From the IMG/VR virus record IMGVR_UViG_3300032250_000105, positions 1 through 35,904 of that record: DNA of 35,904 nt; one strand, 5' to 3'. Positions within the stretch are counted from its first letter, which is position 1. Each line of letters opens with the position of its first letter. A program made the translations under genes and the position numbers. Shown here piece by piece: positions 1 to 8,783 of this stretch. The notes under the pieces were generated by a model. It searched no databases, had not been told where the DNA came from, and saw only the letters and a program-made list of their open reading frames with translations. The DNA comes from a virus (taxonomy: Duplodnaviria > Caudoviricetes).

Positions 1-123
1 GCCCCTAAATTTGACTCAGAAACTTATTATAATGAAACATTTGTAAATAAGCAAAGTAATGATAAATCTGACTTTGAAAAACCTTTTATAGATTTTGCTA
101 AACAATATGTAGAACAATTAAAA
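1..123. repeat. Terminal direct repeat, left copy (circular assembly overlap)
   Basis: Bases 1-123 (gcccctaaat...caattaaaa) are identical to 35782-35904, and an ORF reads through the junction. Confidence 0.97.
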
Positions 124-133
124 TGTAAGGGAA

Positions 134-559
134 ATGATAGTAAAAGTAAAAATTGAAAAAGAAATAGAATTAAAAACTATGGTCGTAAAAGCAGAACCTC
201 GTTATTGGGAGGATTCTGTAATAGATGGCAAAGATGATACAGAAAGAGGATTATATGTTCCTTGTAAAAATGGGAACATATGGAATCCACACATAGACAT
301 TGATACTGGAATAATTACTAATTGGGATAAAGGAGTTAAAGCAAATATTCATTATAAGGTTGCTGATTGTTGTGGGTATGAATTATTAGATAGTAATGAT
401 AATGTTGTTATTTCATTTGAAGATGGATATGTTCCCAAAACATTATATCCTAAAGAAAATGGTTATGGAGATTATATAATAATGGATATTGATGAAAATG
501 GTAAAATAGAAAATTGGAAATTTATAAAAGAAGATTTTGAAGGTATAGAGAACAATTAA
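134..559 (+). CDS. Phage hypothetical protein
   Basis: 141-aa ORF with GYVP and GYGDYIIMDID motifs resembling a recurrent phage hypothetical family; function unknown. Confidence 0.8.
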   Translation: MIVKVKIEKEIELKTMVVKAEPRYWEDSVIDGKDDTERGLYVPCKNGNIWNPHIDIDTGIITNWDKGVKANIHYKVADCCGYELLDSNDNVVISFEDGYVPKTLYPKENGYGDYIIMDIDENGKIENWKFIKEDFEGIENN

Positions 560-578
560 AAACTAAAAAAGATTAGTT

Positions 579-818
579 ATGACACCACAAGAGAAAGCCG
601 AAAGCATAGTAAACGAATTTTTACAAGTAGGCGCCCAAACAATACACAACGAGCAAGGCAGTTACAAAAAAACCGCATTAACTTACGCCGAGGCCCAAGT
701 ATGCGCCTTAATTGCCGTAGAGGAAATTATGGCCGTATTGTATAAAGACTACTACGATATTAATAACGGTATTTTTGACTATTGGGAAACTGTGAAAGTT
801 AAAATAGAAACCTTATAG
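579..818 (+). CDS. Hypothetical protein
   Basis: 79-aa ORF with an A-rich upstream region; MTPxEKA...CALIAVxEI...YW pattern. Confidence 0.75.
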   Translation: MTPQEKAESIVNEFLQVGAQTIHNEQGSYKKTALTYAEAQVCALIAVEEIMAVLYKDYYDINNGIFDYWETVKVKIETL

Positions 819-819
819 T

Positions 820-921
820 ATGTGGAAAGTATATTTATTTGAATTTGTCGTAGTTTTGGTAGTATCTATTTTGTGGGTACACGTATTAGAAAAGGAAAAA
901 AATGACGAAGATAATATTTAG
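820..921 (+). CDS. Small membrane peptide (33 aa)
   Basis: Translated by hand: MWKVYLFEFVVVLVVSILWVHVLEKEKNDEDNI; starts 1 nt after the previous stop; one hydrophobic helix. Confidence 0.5.
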   Translation: MWKVYLFEFVVVLVVSILWVHVLEKEKNDEDNI

Positions 922-994
922 CTTTATTTTTTGCGTTACCGCTACCATTATGTTTATAATGGCTAATAAAGACGACAAAAACGATTTAATATGA
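902..994 (+). CDS. Small hydrophobic peptide (30 aa)
   Basis: MTKIIFSFIFCVTATIMFIMANKDDKNDLI; A-rich context before the ATG; ATGA overlap with the next ORF. Confidence 0.45.
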   Translation: MTKIIFSFIFCVTATIMFIMANKDDKNDLI

Positions 995-1143
995 TAAAAT
1001 TACTACTAATAGGCTTACTAGCCCAAGACACTATAAAGCCAATTACTATTAATATGTATTACGATACCGCCACGTGGAAAATGGTAAAAATGACTAAACA
1101 AGATAGCGCAATACTTAAAAAACACTATAAGCGTTTTAAATAA
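991..1143 (+). CDS. Small hypothetical protein (50 aa)
   Basis: MIKLLLIGLLAQDTIKP...KRFK; ATGA-coupled to the previous ORF and fills the gap up to the terminase. Confidence 0.5.
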   Translation: MIKLLLIGLLAQDTIKPITINMYYDTATWKMVKMTKQDSAILKKHYKRFK

Positions 1144-1150
1144 AAAAGAT

Positions 1151-1636
1151 ATGGCAGCAAGAAAAGCAAATAGTACCTCTTTTAAACTAGGTAACGATAT
1201 TTGGAAACGTCGCAACACCTCGGGGAGGTTTAGAACGTGGCAAGACCCTAACGCTCTTTGGGAGGCCGCGCAAAAGTATTTTGAATGGGTAGACAATAAC
1301 CCCGAAGAGGTAGAGCAAAGCCACGTAAGGCTAGGAGTAGTAAAAGTAAAGATTAAGACCCCTTATTTAAAAGAAGATATAGCCCAATGGCTAGAGGTTT
1401 CGCATTGGCGTATAATTGAGAGTTATAAGGAGGTTAATGCCGAATTTTTGCACGTCGTTACGTGTATAGAGAATATTATAGTAGGAAATAAGAAAAGAGG
1501 CGCCTATACAAACCAATTTAACCACAATATAGTAGCTAGAGATTTAGGCCTAACGGATAAGACAGATATAACCACGGGCGGCGAGAAATTACCGCAAACT
1601 ATAATCAAGTGGGGCGATAAAGAGATAAAAGTATAA
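1151..1636 (+). CDS. terS: Terminase small subunit (P22 gp3-like)
   Basis: LWEAAQKYFEWVDNNP and VARDLGL motifs; directly upstream of and TAATG-coupled to the large subunit. Confidence 0.85.
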   Translation: MAARKANSTSFKLGNDIWKRRNTSGRFRTWQDPNALWEAAQKYFEWVDNNPEEVEQSHVRLGVVKVKIKTPYLKEDIAQWLEVSHWRIIESYKEVNAEFLHVVTCIENIIVGNKKRGAYTNQFNHNIVARDLGLTDKTDITTGGEKLPQTIIKWGDKEIKV

Positions 1637-3000
1637 TGATAGATTTTAGCGCAAAGCAAATAGAAGCTATGGACGCCGTGGCGAGCGAGAAATATAGTTT
1701 TATACTGTTTGGCGGTGCTATGGGTGGGGGTAAGACCTTTTGGGGTTTGTCGGCTTTGCTAATTATGTGCGAGATATTTCCGCGCTCTAGGTGGTGCGTT
1801 ATACGTGAGGACTTAGAGAAAATACGAACGACTACCATACCGTCTTTTAGGAAACTAAACGCCTCGGGGCGCCTCAGAGAAAACCCCTACGAGTACACAC
1901 ACCCTAACGGCTCGGTAATTATCTTTAAGGGCGAAAACTACGACAACGATAAAGATTTACAATGGCTAAAAGGGCTAGAGGTTAACGGCTTTTTGTTTGA
2001 AGAGTTAAACGAGTGCCAAGAGGACACACTTAATATTAGCTTTGGTAGGGCGGGGCGTTGGGAGTGCGACCCTAGGCCCAAGCCGATTATAATAGCTACT
2101 TGTAACCCTACAAATAATTGGGTAAAAAAGAAAATATACGATAAGTGGGCTACCGATAGCTTACCCAATGGGTGGCTATATATCCCGTCTAAGATAACCG
2201 ATAACCCCTACTTAACCGACGACTATAAAGCCAACTTGGAAAATATGCCACGCTACCAATACGAAGTATTCGTTAACGGTAATTGGGATATACAACTAAA
2301 GCAAGGCGGCGAGTTTTACAAATGCTTTGAACTAGACCAACACATAGCGCCACTATCTTACGACCCTACACTAGCGCTACACATTAGCTTTGACGATAAC
2401 GTAAACCCTTATTTACCCCTAGGCATATTTCAAATAAAGGGCAAAGAGGTATTAATGATAGACGAGATAGCGGGCGAAACCCCTAGAAATACAGTTAAAG
2501 GCGTTTGTAATGAGTTTAAAAGGAAATACGGCACACATACGGCGGGTTTATTTGTATATGGCGACGCTACGGCCAATAAAGAGGACACAAAACTAGAAAA
2601 GGGGTACAATTTTTACAGATTAATATTAGACGAGTTAGCAGAGTTTAAGCCAAATAGCCGAGTATTGAGGTCTAACCCTAGCGTAGTAATGCGCGGTAAT
2701 TGGATAAATACAGTATTAGAGAAAGAACTAGGCGGCATTAGCATTAAGATAAACGAAAAGAATAAAAAAGCTATTAACGATTTTGTAAACCTTAAAGAGG
2801 CGGCCGACGGTACGAAGCTAAAAGAAATGGAAACCGACCCGCGTACTAAGGTGCGTTACCAAAAGGTCGGCCACTTTTTAGATTTATTTGATTATCTTAT
2901 GGTATCGGCGTTTGCGTCAGATTTTGAGGCGTACCAACGTGGCGGCTCAAATATTTTAATTAACTTTGGTAAGAACAAACCAAGTAAAAACCATTTTTAA
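1636..3000 (+). CDS. terL: Terminase large subunit
   Basis: Walker A GGAMGGGKT, Walker B FLFEE, coupling motif ATCNP and a C-terminal acidic nuclease region (GHFLDLFDY). Confidence 0.93.
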   Translation: MIDFSAKQIEAMDAVASEKYSFILFGGAMGGGKTFWGLSALLIMCEIFPRSRWCVIREDLEKIRTTTIPSFRKLNASGRLRENPYEYTHPNGSVIIFKGENYDNDKDLQWLKGLEVNGFLFEELNECQEDTLNISFGRAGRWECDPRPKPIIIATCNPTNNWVKKKIYDKWATDSLPNGWLYIPSKITDNPYLTDDYKANLENMPRYQYEVFVNGNWDIQLKQGGEFYKCFELDQHIAPLSYDPTLALHISFDDNVNPYLPLGIFQIKGKEVLMIDEIAGETPRNTVKGVCNEFKRKYGTHTAGLFVYGDATANKEDTKLEKGYNFYRLILDELAEFKPNSRVLRSNPSVVMRGNWINTVLEKELGGISIKINEKNKKAINDFVNLKEAADGTKLKEMETDPRTKVRYQKVGHFLDLFDYLMVSAFASDFEAYQRGGSNILINFGKNKPSKNHF

Positions 3001-3002
3001 TT

Positions 3003-3878
3003 ATGGCGTACTTATTCCCAAGAGATTACCAAGTTAACATACAAGACGTTAACATAAACCAAATAATAAGCGCAGACGAAAGCATAAGAAACCGCGCACA
3101 ACTAGCGGGCGAGGCCGAGGCGCAAAGCTATTTAAAACAAAAGTATCTTATAGCCCGCGAGTTTCAAGATATTTTACCGTGGTCGTGGCCTACAATGTAC
3201 AAAGCGTTTAACCGTATGTATTTAGACGGCCCGCAGTATATAGAGGGCGACACTTGGGTAGATAGAGATTTATGTAGCTATTTAGGTGTGGTATATATCG
3301 CCAACACAACTACTACGGGAGTGTTTAATAGTGCCGATTGGGATATAGTAGGCAAACAATACGATATATACTACGCAGCACCGCCAAAACCCGAGTTTAG
3401 CTATTCGGCGCTTTATAATATCGGCGCTGAGGTGTTTTATAATAACGGTGTATATAGGTGCTTGGTACAAACCTCAGTACTAGACCACGACACCGCTTTA
3501 CAGTATAGAGCAATACAAAACCTACCACAAAATAACGTAGCACCCGACGACCCTATAAGCGGCTCTCATTATTGGGAGTTACTTTATAACTACGAGTTTG
3601 TTAATTACTTACCCGACGATACACAGTATTGGACGCTAGGCGACAACCGCGACGCCCAAATGGTGCTATATACTTGCGATATTGTACTCTATCATTTACA
3701 CGCTAGAATAGCGCCTAGAAATATACCCGAGTTAAGAGTAAAACGATACGACGACGCCAAAGCGTGGTTAAAAATGTGTGCCGAGGGTGCTATAACGCCT
3801 AACCTACCATTAATACAACCCCGCCAAGGTAACCGTATACGTTACGGCGGTAATATCAAACAAATAAATACTTACTAA
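3003..3878 (+). CDS. DUF1320 / Mu gp36-like head-tail adaptor with an internal aromatic insert
   Basis: AEAEAQSYLKQKY and DIVLYHLHARIAPRNIPELRVKRYDDAKAWLK match the DUF1320 pattern; about 150 extra residues lie between them. Confidence 0.75.
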   Translation: MAYLFPRDYQVNIQDVNINQIISADESIRNRAQLAGEAEAQSYLKQKYLIAREFQDILPWSWPTMYKAFNRMYLDGPQYIEGDTWVDRDLCSYLGVVYIANTTTTGVFNSADWDIVGKQYDIYYAAPPKPEFSYSALYNIGAEVFYNNGVYRCLVQTSVLDHDTALQYRAIQNLPQNNVAPDDPISGSHYWELLYNYEFVNYLPDDTQYWTLGDNRDAQMVLYTCDIVLYHLHARIAPRNIPELRVKRYDDAKAWLKMCAEGAITPNLPLIQPRQGNRIRYGGNIKQINTY

Positions 3879-5209
3879 TGGCTACTATAATTTCAAGAGT
3901 ACGTAACTACTTATTTCCAACGCCCGACAACCCACTAACGGGCGAGCGTCCTAGCGATTGGAAAACGATGAAAAACCCCGAGAAAAATCTACGCAGCTAC
4001 ATAACGCCCGTACAGTTACAACGTATTAGGCACGATATACAGTTATGGCGTGAGGCGGTAGGCGAGGCAGAACAAGCGTGGTATCCACACCGCGTACGTA
4101 TGCAACGCCTTTACTTAGATACTGTATTAAATGGCCACGTAAGCGCGTGTATGAGTAGACGTAAAAACCTTACACTACTTAAAGACTTTAAATTATGCGA
4201 CGAGGCGGGCGAAGAGAACGAAATAGCAACTAAGCTACTAAAAAAGCAATGGTTTAACCTATACTGTAATTACATACTAGACGCGCAATTTTTTGGCTAT
4301 TCTCTTGTAAGTTTAGGCGATTTAGTTAACGACGATTTCCCAAAACTAACGACTATTAGACGTTTTAACATAAGCCCCGATAGACTTAACGTTACCTCTT
4401 ACGTATATTCTTTAAGCGGTGCGCAATTTCTAGACGACCCATATAGACTATGGCACGTATGGCAGCCAACACCTACCGAAGTAGGTATAAGTTTAACGGG
4501 CTATGGCTTACTTTATAAGGTGGCTATGTACGAAATTATATGTAGAAATACATTAGGGTTTAATATGGACGCGGCCGAGTTATACGGTATGCCGCTAAGA
4601 GTGGGTAAGACCTCTAAAACAAATGAGGACGAAAGGGCGTTATTTGAAAAGGCCCTAGCCCAAATGGGTAGCGCGGGTTATATCCTAATGGATACGCTAG
4701 ACGAAATAAACCTAGTAGAAAGTAGCGCAAGCGGCCAAGGCTTTAAGATATACGAAAGCCTAGAGGCACGCTGCGAAAAGAAAATAAGTAAAATACTTTT
4801 AGGCCACGCAGACGCGCTAGACAGTACGGCGGGTAAGCTAGGCGGTGGCCAAGGCGAAGATAGCCCCGTAGCCCAAGCGTTACAAGATATACAAACTGTA
4901 GATAGTAGATTTTTAGAGAATAACATTAACACCGAACTACTACCAAGGTTACGCGAAATGGGTATGGCTATACCCGAGGGCTTAATATTCCAAATTAAAA
5001 ACGACCAAGAGCGCGAAGAGATGAGAGCGAGAGAGGACGCAAGCAACAAAGCTACCGCAGATATTGCCCAAGTAATGAAAAACGCGGGTTTACAAATGGA
5101 CGCGGCCTACTTTGAAGAGCGCACGGGCATACCTACTACAACAGTAGAAGCGCCACAACCAAACTTAACGCCTAAAGTACAAAATAGGTTACGTGAAATA
5201 TACCGATAA
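3878..5209 (+). CDS. Portal protein (DUF935, Mu gp29-like)
   Basis: 443 aa following the terminase; GYGLL, AELYGMPLRVGKT and ISKILLG motifs. Confidence 0.88.
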   Translation: MATIISRVRNYLFPTPDNPLTGERPSDWKTMKNPEKNLRSYITPVQLQRIRHDIQLWREAVGEAEQAWYPHRVRMQRLYLDTVLNGHVSACMSRRKNLTLLKDFKLCDEAGEENEIATKLLKKQWFNLYCNYILDAQFFGYSLVSLGDLVNDDFPKLTTIRRFNISPDRLNVTSYVYSLSGAQFLDDPYRLWHVWQPTPTEVGISLTGYGLLYKVAMYEIICRNTLGFNMDAAELYGMPLRVGKTSKTNEDERALFEKALAQMGSAGYILMDTLDEINLVESSASGQGFKIYESLEARCEKKISKILLGHADALDSTAGKLGGGQGEDSPVAQALQDIQTVDSRFLENNINTELLPRLREMGMAIPEGLIFQIKNDQEREEMRAREDASNKATADIAQVMKNAGLQMDAAYFEERTGIPTTTVEAPQPNLTPKVQNRLREIYR

Positions 5210-6833
5210 ACAAATAGACGACTTATATAACGATATTTATAACGGGATAGTAACACAAGAAAACTTACCCGAGGACTTATATTTAGCAATAGGCGATAGG
5301 CTTAAAAAGGGCTTATATGAGGGTTACGGCGGCAGTATAAAAGACTTTAAGCTAGGTACAACCGACCACGAATTACTAACCGAACTAAGAGAAAATATTT
5401 ATATGTTTTCGGGCGCCAAGACCTACCAACAAGTTAGGGAAATGAGCGACCTAGTAGCAGATAGTAAGACTTTTAGCGAGTTTAAAGAAAAGGTAACCCC
5501 CGTTTATAAACAGTATAACGAAGATTGGCTAAAGGCTGAGTACGATACGGCAATAGGGCAAGCGCAGCAAGCTAGACAATGGAACGATATACAAAGAGAT
5601 AAAGACCTCTACCCATACCTAAGATATAACGCCGTATTAGATAGCAAAACCTCAGATATTTGCCGACCTCTAGACGGTGTAACCCTTAAGGTAGACGATA
5701 AGTTTTGGGATAACTATACGCCTCTTAATCATTTTCGTTGTAGGTGTACTCTAGATAAGCTAGATAAATACGAGGACGTAGAAACCACACCCCCAAGCAA
5801 AGTAAAAGACCTAGAAAAGGAATTAGGCGACACAGTAGACGACGTGTTTAAAATGAACGCGGGCAAAGATAAATACGTATTTAGCCCCGACCACCCCTAT
5901 TTTAAGGTAGAGCCTAAAGACAAAGCCCTAGCGCGTCGTAATTTTGATTTACCTTTACCCGAAGAGAAAGGCAGCCCTAAAGACTTACCAATAGAAGAGC
6001 GCATAAAAAAAGTAAAAGAGGAAAGTAAGAAACTACACGAAACGGGCGAGGGTAAAGAGTATAGACTAGTACAAGATAAATACAGAAAAGCAACCGACGA
6101 AAGCAATAGAGCAATAGACGAGGCAAACATATTAGCAAGGCGTAGAGGTTTTAACGACCCCGAAACCATAGCGGCCCGAGATAGAGCAAAAGAAATACTA
6201 GAGAAAAGGAAAGCTATTTTAGAGGAAAGGAAAAAAGCCAAGATAGTTTACGAAGATAAAGTAACTGAGATACTACAAAGTAAAAATAGCCCAAGTAAGT
6301 TTAAATTAGGGGCTAGCGCTGCACAGTATAAGAGTATAGAAAGGTTAAAGGCGGGCGATAGCGCATTTAGGAGTATAGTAGGCGATAAATTGTTAGGCGA
6401 AAACATAACAATAAACGTAAATACATTAAAAGCAAACGGTAGGGCTTATTTTCGCTCTAGCGAAAACGTTATAGCCATAACTAAGACCGAGGAAATAGGC
6501 ACAATAACACACGAACTAGGCCACGGGCTAGAGTTTCACAATAAGGAATATTTTGAAAAGGTAAAGGCTTATTACGCCGAACGAACAAAGGGCGAAAAAT
6601 TAGAAAGCCTTAGAAATGTTACGGGTAATAGAGGTTATAGAACAGACGAGAGAACAAAAAAAGATAAATTTAGAGAGGCTTATACGGGTAAATGGTACTC
6701 AGACATTACGGGAGAGCAAAGGGCTACGGAACTTACTAGTATGTGGTTTACTGAGGTTTACGACGATTTAGACCGATTTATAGATAAAGACCCCGATTTT
6801 TTTGAGCATTTTTATAAACTATTCAACGAATGA
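5193..6833 (+). CDS. MuF (Mu gpF / SPP1 gp7-like) minor head protein with C-terminal HEXXH metallopeptidase-like domain
   Basis: MuF motifs WLKAEYDTA, YLRYNAVLD, CRPLDG and PLNHFRCRC; the C-terminal extension contains HELGH (6510-6524) and a distal ATELTSM. Confidence 0.88.
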   Translation: MKYTDKQIDDLYNDIYNGIVTQENLPEDLYLAIGDRLKKGLYEGYGGSIKDFKLGTTDHELLTELRENIYMFSGAKTYQQVREMSDLVADSKTFSEFKEKVTPVYKQYNEDWLKAEYDTAIGQAQQARQWNDIQRDKDLYPYLRYNAVLDSKTSDICRPLDGVTLKVDDKFWDNYTPLNHFRCRCTLDKLDKYEDVETTPPSKVKDLEKELGDTVDDVFKMNAGKDKYVFSPDHPYFKVEPKDKALARRNFDLPLPEEKGSPKDLPIEERIKKVKEESKKLHETGEGKEYRLVQDKYRKATDESNRAIDEANILARRRGFNDPETIAARDRAKEILEKRKAILEERKKAKIVYEDKVTEILQSKNSPSKFKLGASAAQYKSIERLKAGDSAFRSIVGDKLLGENITINVNTLKANGRAYFRSSENVIAITKTEEIGTITHELGHGLEFHNKEYFEKVKAYYAERTKGEKLESLRNVTGNRGYRTDERTKKDKFREAYTGKWYSDITGEQRATELTSMWFTEVYDDLDRFIDKDPDFFEHFYKLFNE

Positions 6834-7051
6834 TAATAAAACTAAAGATATACGGCGATAATGTTACAATAAAAGACGATAAAGCGTATAGCGATAATCA
6901 ATTATTAGCGGAAATGTGTAACTTTATAAGCGATACCGTAGGGCTAGGGGGTGCGACTAACGAGGGGTATTTACCTACGTTACGCGAAACTTTCGGCGAT
7001 AATTTTACACTTTTAGAGGTAGAAGATGAGCCAAAAGACGCCATTTATTAA
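6830..7051 (+). CDS. Small acidic protein, candidate immunity partner of the MuF C-terminal domain
   Basis: 73 aa with an ATGA overlap on the MuF stop; function inferred from position only. Confidence 0.55.
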   Translation: MIIKLKIYGDNVTIKDDKAYSDNQLLAEMCNFISDTVGLGGATNEGYLPTLRETFGDNFTLLEVEDEPKDAIY

Positions 7052-7061
7052 AATTAGATAT

Positions 7062-7424
7062 ATGAAACCAATACAAGTACTTAACAGATTTTTTGAGGCC
7101 CGCGACTGTATGCACCTCGTACACTTTAATACTACGTCGCTTTCTGAGCATAAGGCGCTCGGCGAATTTTACGACGGGTGGCTAGACTTGGTAGATAGCT
7201 TTGTAGAAACCTACGCGGGTAGATATGGTAGGATAGAGGGCGCCATAACTATAGAGGTTAGCAGCGATTATAATAGCACCGAATACCTACAGAAATTAAG
7301 AGCCTTTGTAAGTATGGACGCTATGACGATTATAGCGCCTACCTTAGATAGCGATTTAAACAACATTTTAGCCGATATGTTAGCCTTAATTAACCACACC
7401 TTGTATATGTTAACCCTAAAGTAA
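7062..7424 (+). CDS. Ferritin/Dps-like four-helix protein (DUF5856-like)
   Basis: HLVHFNTTSLSEHKALGEFYD...LVDSFVETYAG pattern; start moved to the second ATG (MKPIQ), just after the upstream stop. Confidence 0.7.
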   Translation: MKPIQVLNRFFEARDCMHLVHFNTTSLSEHKALGEFYDGWLDLVDSFVETYAGRYGRIEGAITIEVSSDYNSTEYLQKLRAFVSMDAMTIIAPTLDSDLNNILADMLALINHTLYMLTLK

Positions 7425-7549
7425 TGAAGCTAATAAAACTAATACTAAAAGCCTTGCACGTACACGATTGGAATATAATAAGTACTAGTAATTTTTATAG
7501 CGAGGTGTACCTATGTACTAAATGTAACAAGATAAAACGCGTAAAATGA
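7424..7549 (+). CDS. Tiny putative metal-binding protein (41 aa)
   Basis: MKLIKLILKALHVHDW...YLCTKCNKIKRVK; coupled by TAATG upstream and ATGA downstream; HxHDW plus CxxC. Confidence 0.6.
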   Translation: MKLIKLILKALHVHDWNIISTSNFYSEVYLCTKCNKIKRVK

Positions 7550-7830
7550 TATACGACTTTAATAAATACGAGCCGACACACAATAAAATGATAGACCTTT
7601 GCGCTAACGTGATAAGTTTAGCCCGCGAACGTAACGAGCCTATAAAGGCTTTACACCTTAAGCCTATGAATTACGAGTGGTTTAAGAGCGGGGTACAAAC
7701 TTTGTTAAATAGACCGTTAGAAGTAGAAGAGTTGCTAGAGTTTGACGGGGTTAACATTGAGTTAGGCAGTAAATTCCAAAGTAAAACTATCGTAATAGAA
7801 TACTATGAGCGACAACAAGCTATCGTTTAA
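7546..7830 (+). CDS. Hypothetical protein
   Basis: 94-aa ORF overlapping both neighbours within the operon. Confidence 0.7.
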   Translation: MIYDFNKYEPTHNKMIDLCANVISLARERNEPIKALHLKPMNYEWFKSGVQTLLNRPLEVEELLEFDGVNIELGSKFQSKTIVIEYYERQQAIV

Positions 7831-8236
7831 AGAGGTAATGGCGAAAATGGAAACGCTAAAGCTAGAACTACCGCGCGTATTGTCTAACGATACGCAACGT
7901 TTTTTTACTCAAAGTTTCGATAAACAAGGTTTTACCGATAAAAGCCTAGAGCCTTGGGCTAAAAGAAAGAAACCTAAAAAGACAGACGAGGGCCGCGCTA
8001 TATTGGTGCAGTCGGGTAGATTACGTAGAGCGGTGGCAAATAGTGCGCGTGGGGTAAGTTTTGATAAAATAGATTTTATAGTAGACGTACCCTATGCGGA
8101 AATACATAACGACGGGGGTTTAATGGGTAAAGGGGGTACAATGCCAAAGCGCCAATTTATGGGCGAAAGTGCTGAGTTAACCAAAAGACTAATAAAAAAG
8201 ATTAATTTAGCAGTAAGTAAGTTATGGCGGGAATAA
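7805..8236 (+). CDS. Phage virion morphogenesis protein (Mu gpG-like neck/tail completion)
   Basis: ILVQSGRLRR, VPYAEIHNDGG and MPKRQFMGES signature motifs. Confidence 0.88.
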   Translation: MSDNKLSFKEVMAKMETLKLELPRVLSNDTQRFFTQSFDKQGFTDKSLEPWAKRKKPKKTDEGRAILVQSGRLRRAVANSARGVSFDKIDFIVDVPYAEIHNDGGLMGKGGTMPKRQFMGESAELTKRLIKKINLAVSKLWRE

Positions 8237-8781
8237 GCGCAGTATATCAAGACCTTAAAAGCAAAATAAGCACGGCCACGGCGTCGGGCTTTGTTCATAT
8301 ATGGAATAACCAACTAGAGCAACTAGCAGAGGGTAAAACTTACGCCTTTCCTTTTCCTTGTTACTTTATCGAGGTTATGCCGCCAACGCAGTACGACCCA
8401 ATAGGTAGGGGGTATGCAACGGGCGAACTTACTATAAAAATACACATAGGCCACGAAGAGTACGACGCCTTTAACGGCAATTATGAGGAAAACGTAAACG
8501 TATTTACGCTACGCGACGGCATAATAAACGCTTTAAATAGCTACCAACCCGTGGCGTGCAGTAGTTTAATGAAGATTAGCGAAACCCAAGATTATGTACA
8601 CACGAATATATACCATTATGTGGTAGAGTTTAAATGCGCATTTATAGACAGTAGGGGCAGTATAGACGAGCAATTACCTTTCGTAGACGGCTCATTTAGC
8701 GAGATAGATATAAACGCTATTGTAGACACTAGCCTAGCGAATAAATTTGATAGTACTTTTGATAATACTTTTAACTTATAA
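8224..8781 (+). CDS. Putative tail terminator/completion protein
   Basis: Position after the virion morphogenesis gene; WNNQL and FPCYFIE pattern. Confidence 0.55.
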   Translation: MAGISAVYQDLKSKISTATASGFVHIWNNQLEQLAEGKTYAFPFPCYFIEVMPPTQYDPIGRGYATGELTIKIHIGHEEYDAFNGNYEENVNVFTLRDGIINALNSYQPVACSSLMKISETQDYVHTNIYHYVVEFKCAFIDSRGSIDEQLPFVDGSFSEIDINAIVDTSLANKFDSTFDNTFNL

Positions 8782-8783
8782 CA

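Noticed and set aside
1-123. Terminal repeat as a physical virion end repeat
   Set aside because: It falls inside an ORF and is most simply an assembler overlap; packaging ends cannot be inferred without reads.
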